From a virus, in IMG/VR virus record IMGVR_UViG_3300048838_000238, positions 1 through 64,000 of that record: a stretch of 64,000 bases of DNA. One strand, written 5' to 3'. A program made the position numbers and the translations under genes. A model generated the notes under the pieces. The model had not been told where the DNA came from. It was given only the letters and a program-made list of their open reading frames with translations, and ran no database searches. Of this stretch, positions 8,770 through 17,530 are shown piece by piece; within the stretch, counting starts at the first letter, position 1; each line of letters opens with the position of its first letter.

Positions 8770-8796
8770 TATTCGCCGCGATCGCGGTTTTCTTTG
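8770..8796 (-). promoter_or_regulatory. Sigma28-like promoter 6 nt upstream of the ATG (possibly leaderless)
   Basis: CAAA-N15-GGCGAATA. Confidence 0.65.
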
Positions 8797-9006
8797 TTAG
8801 TGGCAATGTCCAGCGGGTTCTGCGGTGCGATCGTTCCATGCGCGAGTCACGCGATCATTCGTGTTCCAAAGGTTTACTCCCGGTTTTCTAGGTGGACCAA
8901 GAGCAAGACAGTCGAGACACAACACGCGGCGCACTTCGCTGAACTTCTTTTTGCGAATCTCGGCTCTGATACTGCCGCAAAACGGGCATGGATTTGGCAT
9001 CGCCAT
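8797..9006 (-). CDS. Lar-like restriction-alleviation zinc finger
   Basis: PCPFCG...VLCLDCLA.GP...AWNDR. Confidence 0.65.
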   Translation of the reverse strand: MAMPNPCPFCGSIRAEIRKKKFSEVRRVLCLDCLALGPPRKPGVNLWNTNDRVTRAWNDRTAEPAGHCH

Positions 9007-9045
9007 AAGGTTTCTCGCGTGCTAGATGCAATGTGATCGTCGGAA

Positions 9046-10182
9046 CTAATCGCGGCTAAGCGGCATCACCACGTACTTGTAACCGTCCAACTCAAACAGC
9101 ACGGCGCTGTCGCCGTCTCGGATGTGCATCGCGATCCCTGAGTCGCCGGCCACCTTCAGAAACTCCGCCACGAAAGTGTGGTCCAGAGTGATCGTTATGG
9201 GCTCGACTCCGTCTTGGCCGACAATCGGCAATTCAACGTGAGACTTCCCGACTTCCGCTGTATCGCAGGAGACCTCTAGCGTGCCGTCCGAGAACGTGAA
9301 TTCCATGCCTTTCGATTCTTGCGTGGCCACAATGGCGGCTTGCCTGACCGCCGATAACAGCACTGCCGCTGGCAAGTCGATGGTGCGGCAGCCGTCCGTG
9401 CTCGGTAGCACGTCGCGCCACTTCGGAAACTTTCCTTCGACCAGCCGCGAATAGAGCCGCACTCCAGCCGCCACGACGACAATGTGGTTTTCGTACACCG
9501 CGAGCGTGGCCTCGCCTGAATCCGGCAAGACTCGTTGGATCGCGCGTAGTGCCTTGCCGGGCACGATGGTCGTCAGCACGCTTGGCCCGCGTTCTTTCGC
9601 TGCTGCCGCCAGAGGCGCGGTGACTCGCGTTACCGCCAAACGTCTGCCGTCGGTCGCGACTCCCACTAACTCGTCATTGTCTCGGTCCAGCAGCACGCCA
9701 CCCAGTGCATACCGTGACGAGGTTTCATCGCACGCGAAGATCGTCCGCGAGATGAGTTGCCGCAGCGGTCCCGCCGGAACTTGGCAGCACTCGCCATCTT
9801 CGGTTCCAGTCGCGACATTCGGAAATTCATCCGGGTCCATCGTCGGCAGTTTCAGCTGGCTCCGCTCGCCGGATACCGTCAGAGGATCGCCGATCTCTCC
9901 GCTGTCGAGCGTCATGGATTCATCGCGGCATTCGCCGATCATCTTGGTGAACTCAGCTGGCGGCAGCAGCATCGCGCCGCACTGGTCGCCGGATACCTCG
10001 CATCCTTCGACCTCGATACTGACACCAATTTCCAAGTCAGTTGCATTCAGCGTCACGCCCTCTGGGCCGACGATCAACTTGACTTTGGACAGAATCGGCT
10101 TGGGGCAGTTCTTGGATGCCGCTACTGAGGCGGCCACGGCGAATGCCTTTTGCATCTTGGATCGGTTAAACGTGAGTCGCAT
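9046..10182 (-). CDS. dnaN: DNA polymerase III beta sliding clamp
   Basis: KPIL, ATDLEIG, SRYALGGVL, VATDGRRLA, SRLVEGKFPKWRDV, YVVMPL; 378 aa. Confidence 0.95.
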   Translation of the reverse strand: MRLTFNRSKMQKAFAVAASVAASKNCPKPILSKVKLIVGPEGVTLNATDLEIGVSIEVEGCEVSGDQCGAMLLPPAEFTKMIGECRDESMTLDSGEIGDPLTVSGERSQLKLPTMDPDEFPNVATGTEDGECCQVPAGPLRQLISRTIFACDETSSRYALGGVLLDRDNDELVGVATDGRRLAVTRVTAPLAAAAKERGPSVLTTIVPGKALRAIQRVLPDSGEATLAVYENHIVVVAAGVRLYSRLVEGKFPKWRDVLPSTDGCRTIDLPAAVLLSAVRQAAIVATQESKGMEFTFSDGTLEVSCDTAEVGKSHVELPIVGQDGVEPITITLDHTFVAEFLKVAGDSGIAMHIRDGDSAVLFELDGYKYVVMPLSRD

Positions 10183-10375
10183 CGGATTTGTTCCTTGATT
10201 CGGAATTGTCTGGGTTTGGAATGGGGATATGTTTAATCGCGCAATACAGACACGCTACGGTCGCAATCACTTTCAGGAAGCCAAGGTCGTCTTCCGGCGA
10301 CCACGTCGCCGACTCGATTGCCAAAAGAATCCAACACACGGGATACGGGTGACTTAAAACAGAGAACACATTCAC
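10166..10375 (-). CDS. Small membrane protein
   Basis: Two hydrophobic segments; overlaps both neighbours. Confidence 0.45.
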   Translation of the reverse strand: MNVFSVLSHPYPVCWILLAIESATWSPEDDLGFLKVIATVACLYCAIKHIPIPNPDNSESRNKSDATHV

Positions 10376-10563
10376 CGCGATGCCCTTTGCTGATTAGCTT
10401 GACTAGCGGCCAATCGGTACTCGGGTGTCCTGACGTCGGATGTCTTGTTACCGATGGCCTTCTCGATGGCCTCGGTCAAGTTCTGGCAGCCGGGGCCGGA
10501 AACGCCTTTGACTTCGATAGTGGTTTGTCCGTCTTCGTCGATCAGCAGGTCTATGTGTGCCAT
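10372..10563 (-). CDS. DUF2997-family protein
   Basis: IDEDGQTTIEVKGVSGPGCQNLTEAIEKAIG...TPEY. Confidence 0.85.
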   Translation of the reverse strand: MAHIDLLIDEDGQTTIEVKGVSGPGCQNLTEAIEKAIGNKTSDVRTPEYRLAASQANQQRASR

Positions 10564-10598
10564 GTTTCAAATTCCGATGGATGTTAGTTTCTTGGTCT

Positions 10599-10829
10599 TC
10601 AGATCAGAGGCACGACTCGTTCGATGACGAGATCGTCTGGAACGACGATGGCATCGCGAGCGTAAAGTTCCTCAAACAAATCCTCATCGACGTTTCCGGC
10701 GTCAATTGGAAGCCCTTGACTTGTCGCTGGCTCAATCAGACGCTTCCACTCATCGAGCGTCGCCATTACGACTTTGTCGCCGCCATCACGGTGGTAGTCC
10801 TCGAAGAAAATGTGAACGCTTTCAGGCAT
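10599..10829 (-). CDS. Hypothetical acidic protein
   Basis: MPESVHIFFED start with GAAGGA RBS; the longer ORF-track call overlaps DUF1257. Confidence 0.5.
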   Translation of the reverse strand: MPESVHIFFEDYHRDGGDKVVMATLDEWKRLIEPATSQGLPIDAGNVDEDLFEELYARDAIVVPDDLVIERVVPLI

Positions 10830-10870
10830 TATCTTGGTTCCTTCTGTTAAGCTGTTGCTGGTTTTTTGAA

Positions 10871-11320
10871 CTACCGCAGTCTGCCGCCTGTCAAACGCAG
10901 CCGGACCTTGGTGCCTTCCTCGATTCTCTGGACGCGGTAGCCGAGCTTCGCAGCGGCCCTCGCCGCCTTCGACGTCGCCAGTGCCTGCTTGAGCTTCTTG
11001 CAGTTCTCGCCGACTTTCTCCTTCAGGCCCCAGCCGCCCATCCAGAAATCCCATAGCGGCACCAACTTGCCGTCTCGTTCGACAAGTCCGATCTCGTACT
11101 CGGCTCCCGTGCCGTCCTTGACGCGGATGGCGTGATCACACTTACCCAGGTCGGATTTCGTGAAGCCGTCCTGCAAAGGGTAATCGCCTACGCTAGTTCC
11201 GTACCACTTGTAAGTCTTCTGGCCTCGCATCAGCTCGCAGCCGATCAGCTCGCAAGCCAGCGCGACGTCATCGAGTTCATCCGGTCGGATTTCCAAGTCA
11301 ACTACGGCGACGTGCGACAT
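10871..11320 (-). CDS. DUF1257 (Ycf35-like) family protein
   Basis: MSHVAVVDLEI..LALAC..G...CDHAIRV...YEIGL...WDFW...LKQA...AAKLGYRV. Confidence 0.8.
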   Translation of the reverse strand: MSHVAVVDLEIRPDELDDVALACELIGCELMRGQKTYKWYGTSVGDYPLQDGFTKSDLGKCDHAIRVKDGTGAEYEIGLVERDGKLVPLWDFWMGGWGLKEKVGENCKKLKQALATSKAARAAAKLGYRVQRIEEGTKVRLRLTGGRLR

Positions 11321-11344
11321 CGGTTCTGTTCTCCTAAAGAGGCT

Positions 11345-11716
11345 TTAGCCGAAGAGGCTTGTTTGAATATGTCGTTTTGATATATGTGATTCGCCGGCAG
11401 TTGCTGGTTCTTGGGAAGGTTGTTCTTTAATTCTCGGTGCCGGTTTTGGTGCCGGTTTCGGATTCACCGCGACTGCCGCTACACCCAGGGGCTCGGTCGG
11501 CTGATCGCCTTGCGCCGCTTCCATGAGCCTACTGGACCGGCCTCCGTCGATCGACTCGTAAGCGATATGGCCGTTGCAATTCTTGCAGAGGATGTAGACC
11601 CAGCGCGGATTCTGCGCCGCTACTTTCTTCCAGTTCACCGGATCTCGGTGATTCAGGCAGATGCGGACTCCGCGTTGGCTAGCCAGCGTCACTGTTTTAT
11701 TTTGCTTCCGTGACAT
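11345..11716 (-). CDS. Hypothetical zinc-ribbon protein
   Basis: CLNH...CKNC. Confidence 0.5.
   Translation of the reverse strand: MSRKQNKTVTLASQRGVRICLNHRDPVNWKKVAAQNPRWVYILCKNCNGHIAYESIDGGRSSRLMEAAQGDQPTEPLGVAAVAVNPKPAPKPAPRIKEQPSQEPATAGESHISKRHIQTSLFG
11367..11414 (-). promoter_or_regulatory. Promoter (11388-11414) plus operator (11367-11385) upstream of DUF1257
   Basis: CCAA-N15-GGCGAATC; atatgtc-gtttt-gatatat. Confidence 0.7.
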
Positions 11717-11728
11717 CGTATCGTTCTG

Positions 11729-12805
11729 TTAAGCGGTAAAGAGCGACCGTTGTTGTGTACGCTCTTTAGCCAGTGTGATGTACTCTTGGTTCAGCTCGAT
11801 TCCGATGCAGTTGCAGCCGAGTCGGTCGGCGACGTAGCCCGTCGTTCCGCTCCCAAAGAACGTGTCAAGAACCGTACCTCCTTCTGGGCATCCGGCCTTG
11901 ATGCAGGGCTCAATCAACTTTGGCGGGAAGGTCGCGAAGTGCGAGCCTTTGAACGACGCCACATTGACACTCCACACGGAACGACGATTTCTGTTCTCAG
12001 CGATGGCCCGCCTAGACAGTCCGCTGTTTCCGTTCGTGTTATTACATGGATGCTCAGCGGGGCCTCTCATTCGATTGCAAGTGACGGGCTCTTGAATCGC
12101 CTCATAATCAAAGTAGTACCTCGCCGACTTGCTCAACAAAAAGATGTACTCGTGAGACTTCACGCAGCGATCCTTGACAGGCTCGGGCATCACGTTCGTC
12201 TTGTTCCAAATGATATCTTGACGCAAATACCAACCGTCGGCCTGGAGCGCGAACGCGACACGCCACGGAATTCCGATCAGCGACTTCTGAGGGAGTCCAG
12301 TGCTAGTCCTATTGCGCCCGATTGCTGTCTCACCGTGCAATCCATCGGCATGCTTACCGCCCGTCTGACCTCCCCACTTCGTATCGTTCGCGTAACTGTC
12401 TCCGAGGTTCAGCCAAAGTGTTCCGTCGTCGCGCAGCACTCGCTTGACTTCTCGAAACACTTCAACGAGTTTTGCAACGTACTCGTCCGGAGTTTTCTCC
12501 AGGCCGAGCTGTTGATCGATAAGGACGGCCCCACAGTCGCCGCACACGCCACGATAACCATACTTCGCGACCACGGCAGCGCCGTCCTGCTTCGATCCGT
12601 TCAGGCCACTCCCGTCGCGTGCCCACATCGATTGATTCTTGCCATTCCTGACGTGTTCGCACTCCGCATCACCGCCCTGCCACTCCGCAGTTCCGTAATC
12701 GCGAAGCCCATAGTACGGAGGCGATGTCACGCAGCAATGTACCGATCCCGACTCGATAGTCGGAAGCACACTGCGGCAGTCCCCCTGGAGGATCGTGATT
12801 GTCAT
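11729..12805 (-). CDS. Orphan beta-class DNA methyltransferase (m4C likely)
   Basis: VTSPPY, WLNLGDSY, HEYIFLL, HFATFP, VLDTFFGSGTTG. Confidence 0.95.
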   Translation of the reverse strand: MTITILQGDCRSVLPTIESGSVHCCVTSPPYYGLRDYGTAEWQGGDAECEHVRNGKNQSMWARDGSGLNGSKQDGAAVVAKYGYRGVCGDCGAVLIDQQLGLEKTPDEYVAKLVEVFREVKRVLRDDGTLWLNLGDSYANDTKWGGQTGGKHADGLHGETAIGRNRTSTGLPQKSLIGIPWRVAFALQADGWYLRQDIIWNKTNVMPEPVKDRCVKSHEYIFLLSKSARYYFDYEAIQEPVTCNRMRGPAEHPCNNTNGNSGLSRRAIAENRNRRSVWSVNVASFKGSHFATFPPKLIEPCIKAGCPEGGTVLDTFFGSGTTGYVADRLGCNCIGIELNQEYITLAKERTQQRSLFTA

Positions 12806-12998
12806 CGCCTACTTGATCCTCATGTGGTAACTCGAAAAACCGGACGGCTCGATGCGGGCCACACGTCCTCGCCGTCCTTACTCTCAGACAATGCCCAGGC
12901 CGAATTTCTTAGGACGGCCAACCCTATCCAAGCGGCGGACAAAACTCCGCGACCGCCGCATGGAACATGCAGGTATCAAAGATTGACTGAATGCAGCG

Positions 12999-13184
12999 CT
13001 AACCAAAGCCGGTCGGAAACTCCTGCATCGTTTCGATGAACTCAATTATCAGCGGGAAGTGTGGGCTGCGGTTTCCAGGTAACTCGGTTCTCTCCAGTAC
13101 AACCGCATGTGATTCTCGTTCGCCGTGCAGGCCGTAGTAGGTAATCTGAACAACCGCTCGAAAGCGAGTCCGCTTTGGTATCAC
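12999..13184 (-). CDS. Hypothetical protein
   Basis: 61-aa ORF with GTGA overlap and GGAGG RBS. Confidence 0.45.
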   Translation of the reverse strand: MIPKRTRFRAVVQITYYGLHGERESHAVVLERTELPGNRSPHFPLIIEFIETMQEFPTGFG

Positions 13185-13735
13185 GTTACTGCGCCTCCTG
13201 TCTTCTCACGGACTTCGTTGGCGTGACGCTCAAGCTCGCAGCGCAAAACCTTTAACCACTCCACTCTCGTGATCTTTCTGCGTTCAGACTGCTTGAGATC
13301 GTAGTAGCCTCCAAAGCAGGATACCCGTACGTCAGGAGAACGCCCGACTTTATGATACGGCGCATTTTCCTCGCTGATCGGGCACCACCGCAGCAACCTC
13401 CTGGACGCCAGCAAGTTGGCGATATTACAGCTCCACGCGCCACAATTCACCGATATGAAACGGTCAAATGTCCCGATGCCGAAATCTAAGATGTGACTTA
13501 TCCACCACCCACTGCCGATTCCACATTCTACGGTGGAAGGCTCCTTGTACTGCCGACCACTATCCGCCGGATATCGCAGGTCGTAATCCAGCCGCGCGCG
13601 ATACGCCAGCCACTCTGGCAAAGTGAGAAGATCGTTCCATACCGTTCCGACATCACCATCTGAGTAGGCGTGTAACCACTGGCGAGATGACTTATCCTTG
13701 CCGTCGATTATTAACACGTCGCCGTGAGTTGACAT
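13181..13735 (-). CDS. Hypothetical protein
   Basis: Start MSTHGD; WLHAYSDG motif. Confidence 0.55.
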   Translation of the reverse strand: MSTHGDVLIIDGKDKSSRQWLHAYSDGDVGTVWNDLLTLPEWLAYRARLDYDLRYPADSGRQYKEPSTVECGIGSGWWISHILDFGIGTFDRFISVNCGAWSCNIANLLASRRLLRWCPISEENAPYHKVGRSPDVRVSCFGGYYDLKQSERRKITRVEWLKVLRCELERHANEVREKTGGAVT

Positions 13736-13748
13736 CCGCTTGCCTTTC

Positions 13749-14984
13749 CTAAACTTCGTCGTCAAAGGTGATCGCGCGAGTTGGGCGATCAATCAACATC
13801 GTTTCCATCCGGTCCTTCAAGTCGCGTAGGCCGTTGCTGATATGCAGCCGCGTGTCTTCGTCGCTGCGCAGCTTGGTCGGATCGACGCCGCCGACGAGCG
13901 CCTTGGCTTCCTGGACCAACTGGTCCAGCGCCGCGTTGCTGCCGATGTTCAACTGACCGAACCGGTCAAAGAAGTCCCGCAAGCCGCCTACAGCCGAGTC
14001 GCGGAACGTCTTGTGTTCCATCGTGGTCCGCTCAAAGCGGCAGCCGCATTCCGTGAGCCATGCGGCAGCCGCCTCTTTGTCGTCAAACTTAAATGTCGTT
14101 CTGCGGCCTTTCTCGGGAATCGCCGATACGTCGCCGTCGCGGACCTCGATCGCGCCAGCACGAGACAGCGCAGCGCGGCGATTGACTTCGGACAGCCGGT
14201 TATTAAGGGCTTCGACGTCGCTTGTGAACGCCGCCGTGGAACCGTCGGCAGACGGCAACTCCAATTCGATCGCTTCGGCTTGGGCTTCCAACTCGGCGGT
14301 AGAAGGTCCGTTCTGATAGACCCAGACTTCGACCGACTGCGGCTGCAACCGATCAAATAGGTGCTCGACCAGCCCTGAGAATTCATTGCTAAATGCTCGC
14401 TCTGTCATGGCAATCGCTTCGTCGAACTTGGCGGCGAGACGGGCTTCTTGCTGCGCGTACAGTTCCGGGTTCAGTTGCTTCAAGAAGTTTGGCGGCTTCA
14501 CCGATGGGAACTCCCAATCGACGCTGAACTCTTCTGCGATGTTGGTCGGATAGTCGGCCTCATCGAACAGAGAGCCCAGATCGGCTTCCGCCTGATTGCG
14601 GATTCCCTCGTAAGCTTCCTGCAAAGCTGCGGTCGCTTGATCCAGCTCCGCGCGGTAGACGACCATGCGAGAATTGAACTCGTCGATGCGGTCGCGGCGC
14701 AGCAGCCGAATACCAGACTCTGGATACGGGATTGTGGAGTTCTTCCAGAACTGATTGATCTGGTAGAACACGGCGCTGACCGCGAGATACGGCGCGCTCG
14801 ACGGATCGATCAGCCGCTTCGTGGCACGCAAGCTGTCGACCGATGCGCCAAAGGTCAGCGCGGCTTGCTGTGTCTTCTCCTTGGGCAGCGCCCGGCGGAC
14901 GCCAAACTTCTTGGTGCTGACCTTGGTGGCAGCGGTTTCCGCTTGCAGCTTGGTGGTCAGGTCTTGATCGAGTAGTTCCGGCAT
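13749..14984 (-). CDS. DUF3150-like coiled-coil protein
   Basis: ATKRLIDP, TIPYPESGIRLLRRDRI, LGSLFDEADYP, WEFPSVKPP, FRDSAV, LNIGSN. Confidence 0.75.
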   Translation of the reverse strand: MPELLDQDLTTKLQAETAATKVSTKKFGVRRALPKEKTQQAALTFGASVDSLRATKRLIDPSSAPYLAVSAVFYQINQFWKNSTIPYPESGIRLLRRDRIDEFNSRMVVYRAELDQATAALQEAYEGIRNQAEADLGSLFDEADYPTNIAEEFSVDWEFPSVKPPNFLKQLNPELYAQQEARLAAKFDEAIAMTERAFSNEFSGLVEHLFDRLQPQSVEVWVYQNGPSTAELEAQAEAIELELPSADGSTAAFTSDVEALNNRLSEVNRRAALSRAGAIEVRDGDVSAIPEKGRRTTFKFDDKEAAAAWLTECGCRFERTTMEHKTFRDSAVGGLRDFFDRFGQLNIGSNAALDQLVQEAKALVGGVDPTKLRSDEDTRLHISNGLRDLKDRMETMLIDRPTRAITFDDEV

Positions 14985-15009
14985 GGATCTGGTCCTTTCG
15001 TGTTCGGGA

Positions 15010-15057
15010 GTATAGCAGGGTGATATAGGTTATTCGCCTCGCGGGACGGAATCTTTA
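15010..15057 (-). promoter_or_regulatory. Promoter TAAA-N15-GGCGAATA (15031-15057) plus operator (15010-15028)
   Basis: Minus strand taaagattccgtcccgcgaggcgaataacctatatc. Confidence 0.8.
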
Positions 15058-15086
15058 CTCTCGGCGATCGTTGCATTCAAGAGGCG

Positions 15087-15392
15087 CTAATAGTTTTCCT
15101 GCGCGAAGTCAGTATCGAAAACCGCGTCAGCCCACTCATCGGTCCCGTCATCCCATGCACTCAGAATGCACGAGGCGAATCGATACCCGCGTCCGTCTGG
15201 AACGACGCGAACAACCTCTTGCAGAATCGCCACAGCAACAGCCGGCTCGACAAGCCTCCAACGCTTTGCGAATATGTCAACGTCCATCACCTCTAGGGGT
15301 CCTTTGTCGTCGTACGAGTATTCGCCGAATGCCTTAATCGCTCCAGCGATAGCGACAGCAGCGGAAGCCGCTTCTGAATTTATGTCCAGCAT
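15087..15392 (-). CDS. Hypothetical protein
   Basis: MLDINSE start with AAGGA RBS. Confidence 0.55.
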   Translation of the reverse strand: MLDINSEAASAAVAIAGAIKAFGEYSYDDKGPLEVMDVDIFAKRWRLVEPAVAVAILQEVVRVVPDGRGYRFASCILSAWDDGTDEWADAVFDTDFAQENY

Positions 15393-15573
15393 CGTCAATT
15401 CCTTTCCGGTCGATCGTATCGAAGAACGCACATCGGAAACCGTCTCGCTAGGCTGACTCGCCAACCAGCGTCCCATAGTCGCCGGTTAGGCTCCGTGCCA
15501 AGCGAGTACGTTACGCCTCGATACTTCCACACGATTCGATTTAGAAACCAGTTCATTGCACTCGCTCGCTGAG

Positions 15574-15621
15574 TAGTATCAGTTCGATATAGGTTATTCG
15601 CCGCGTGAGACAGAATCTTTA
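15574..15621 (-). promoter_or_regulatory. Promoter TAAA-N15-GGCGAATA (15595-15621) plus operator (15574-15592)
   Basis: Minus strand taaagattctgtctcacgcggcgaataacctatatc. Confidence 0.8.
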
Positions 15622-15930
15622 GCCGGTTTCTTCGCTATCGCTTGCGGCACCTTGCTCCACGACAGGCGGCGGATTAACGATCGCGTCGATGTTCGGGATC
15701 GTGGTATCGAGAAGTGCGGCCAGTGCTCGCAACTGCTCTCCCATTTTGGTTGCCTGCTTGGCTCTCTCGATGATACTGTTCACCGTCGCGAGGCGCTGGC
15801 ACGGGTCCGCTGAACATCCGACCGGCGGCCTGATGCGGCCGCCTAAGAATTCGTCCATTTCTTTCCAGGTCAATTCGACGATCGCATTGCCATAATCGCG
15901 ATCACTGGACGTGTACGCTATAACCTTCAT
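15619..15930 (-). CDS. Hypothetical protein
   Basis: 103-aa ORF with GGAG RBS. Confidence 0.55.
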   Translation of the reverse strand: MKVIAYTSSDRDYGNAIVELTWKEMDEFLGGRIRPPVGCSADPCQRLATVNSIIERAKQATKMGEQLRALAALLDTTIPNIDAIVNPPPVVEQGAASDSEETG

Positions 15931-15963
15931 CGCTTGCTTCTCCGTTACTTGGTTCTTGGGAAT

Positions 15964-17454
15964 CTACTCCAGTTCGATGGCCGCTCTTTGAGTCGGCTGG
16001 ATCATCTGTGCCGCGCCAGCCTTGCGGTAGAAACCGCGATATGACGCCGACAAGTACCGTCCGTCGCAACCGTCACGCAAAGCGTCGATTTGCTCGCCAG
16101 CACTGCGCGACACCGGCACGATGTAGTCCGCTGCTTGCTTGAGCGTGATCCCTTGCAGGTATGCCAGTTCACAGCAGTTCTCGATTTCGGCGCCGGTCCA
16201 GCCGCTGTCGACCGGCTTGTTCATGATGTACTTGCCGGGCAGCTCGTACTTGCCGATGTACATGGCCCAAATCGAGTCGCGCTCTTTATCGGTCGGCAAG
16301 TCAAAGAAAAACGTGCCGAGCTTAAACCTTCGGCGCAATTCTGGTTTGAGTGACTGAATGGAATTGCACGTTGCCACCCAGATCGCGTTACCGTTGGAAA
16401 CACTGGTGATGACCTTCAGCGCCTGTCGAATGGTCTTCTCTGATTCCCCGACGAGGCTTCCCTTGGCACTTCCCAGGTCTAACTGGATGGTCGGAACGCC
16501 CGCTTCGTTGCCGAGTGACTTCGCGACGGCGCTCTTGCCGGAACCGGCTGGTCCCAGGAAGATCGCGCCGCGGCTGCGCCGGTCCTGCATGTACGTCAGC
16601 AAGCAGCCGAGTTGGTCTTGCGAAACTCCAGACGTGTCGCCTTCGCCGCCGAGCGCCTTTTCGATCTCATCCAGGAAGATTATCGCGTTCGGGCGGGCCG
16701 GGCCGGATATGACGCGACCAAGGAATTCCTTGACGTTATCGTAGCCGCCGATGTCCTTGAACCGATTTCCTTCGCGCCACACACTGAGCGCCGGGCACTG
16801 TTCGATTTGCTGCCGCTTCCGCTCCCACAGGTCGTCGACATGAATACCTTCACGGGTGAAGCTCATCGCGATAGCCTGTTCAGCAGCAAACGCTGACAGC
16901 CCTTGTACGGCTTCGACGGCGCGAACTCGCGTTTCATCCGGCACCGGCACCTGCGCTGCGACCGATACCGAATCAACCACTTGACCGAGTTGCTCGCCGG
17001 TGGGGAGCGGATCGTCCAGGCATAACACGTCGTTTTGCAACTCGGCTGGCAACCGGAAGTCTGGACCAAGTAACACGAGCGTCCGCTTGTCACCCTTGAA
17101 TAAGTCGCGGACATTGCAGATCGCCTGCAAGAAGTCGACTTTCTCCAGGAAGCGATTTCCCATGTGGATGAAGAAGATCGTTTTGGCTGGCAGCCGTTCG
17201 CCGGCCAGAACTGCAAGCTGTTCGTTGCCAGCGGTCGCATCTGCTAGGTCGCCGACGGCGCCCACGGCCTCTAGTCCCAGGTCGTTAATCGCTTTCATGC
17301 CGCGCATCACGTCCCACTGGACGATTGGTGTATTGCCGTTGCTAACTTCCAGGATACGGTTAATGATCGCGGTCGGATCGGGGGTGCTGATTGCCATCAG
17401 CGGAACGGCTGCGTTACGGGCGGCTTTGAATTGTTTGAGAATATCGGCAGACAT
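15964..17454 (-). CDS. Ycf46-like AAA+ ATPase
   Basis: Degenerate N-terminal AAA domain, DIGGYDNVKEFL, FLDEIEKA, Walker A GPAGSGKS, GSLVGESE, LKPELRRRF..FFFDLP, GWTGAEI. Confidence 0.9.
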   Translation of the reverse strand: MSADILKQFKAARNAAVPLMAISTPDPTAIINRILEVSNGNTPIVQWDVMRGMKAINDLGLEAVGAVGDLADATAGNEQLAVLAGERLPAKTIFFIHMGNRFLEKVDFLQAICNVRDLFKGDKRTLVLLGPDFRLPAELQNDVLCLDDPLPTGEQLGQVVDSVSVAAQVPVPDETRVRAVEAVQGLSAFAAEQAIAMSFTREGIHVDDLWERKRQQIEQCPALSVWREGNRFKDIGGYDNVKEFLGRVISGPARPNAIIFLDEIEKALGGEGDTSGVSQDQLGCLLTYMQDRRSRGAIFLGPAGSGKSAVAKSLGNEAGVPTIQLDLGSAKGSLVGESEKTIRQALKVITSVSNGNAIWVATCNSIQSLKPELRRRFKLGTFFFDLPTDKERDSIWAMYIGKYELPGKYIMNKPVDSGWTGAEIENCCELAYLQGITLKQAADYIVPVSRSAGEQIDALRDGCDGRYLSASYRGFYRKAGAAQMIQPTQRAAIELE

Positions 17455-17482
17455 TGTGTTTCTCTCCGCGTTTTAGAACAAC

Positions 17483-17530
17483 CTACATCGTAGTGATATA
17501 TGTAGTTCGCCGCGAGATGCACGATATTGG
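17483..17530 (-). promoter_or_regulatory. Promoter (17504-17530) plus operator (17483-17501) upstream of the AAA gene
   Basis: CCAA-N15-GGCGAACT; ctacatc-gtagt-gatatat. Confidence 0.7.

Noticed and set aside
11750-13039. Long plus-strand ORFs (also 27449-28489, 57559-58503, 59208-60023)
   Set aside because: They are antisense shadows of well-supported minus-strand genes in GC-rich DNA and show no recognisable motifs.
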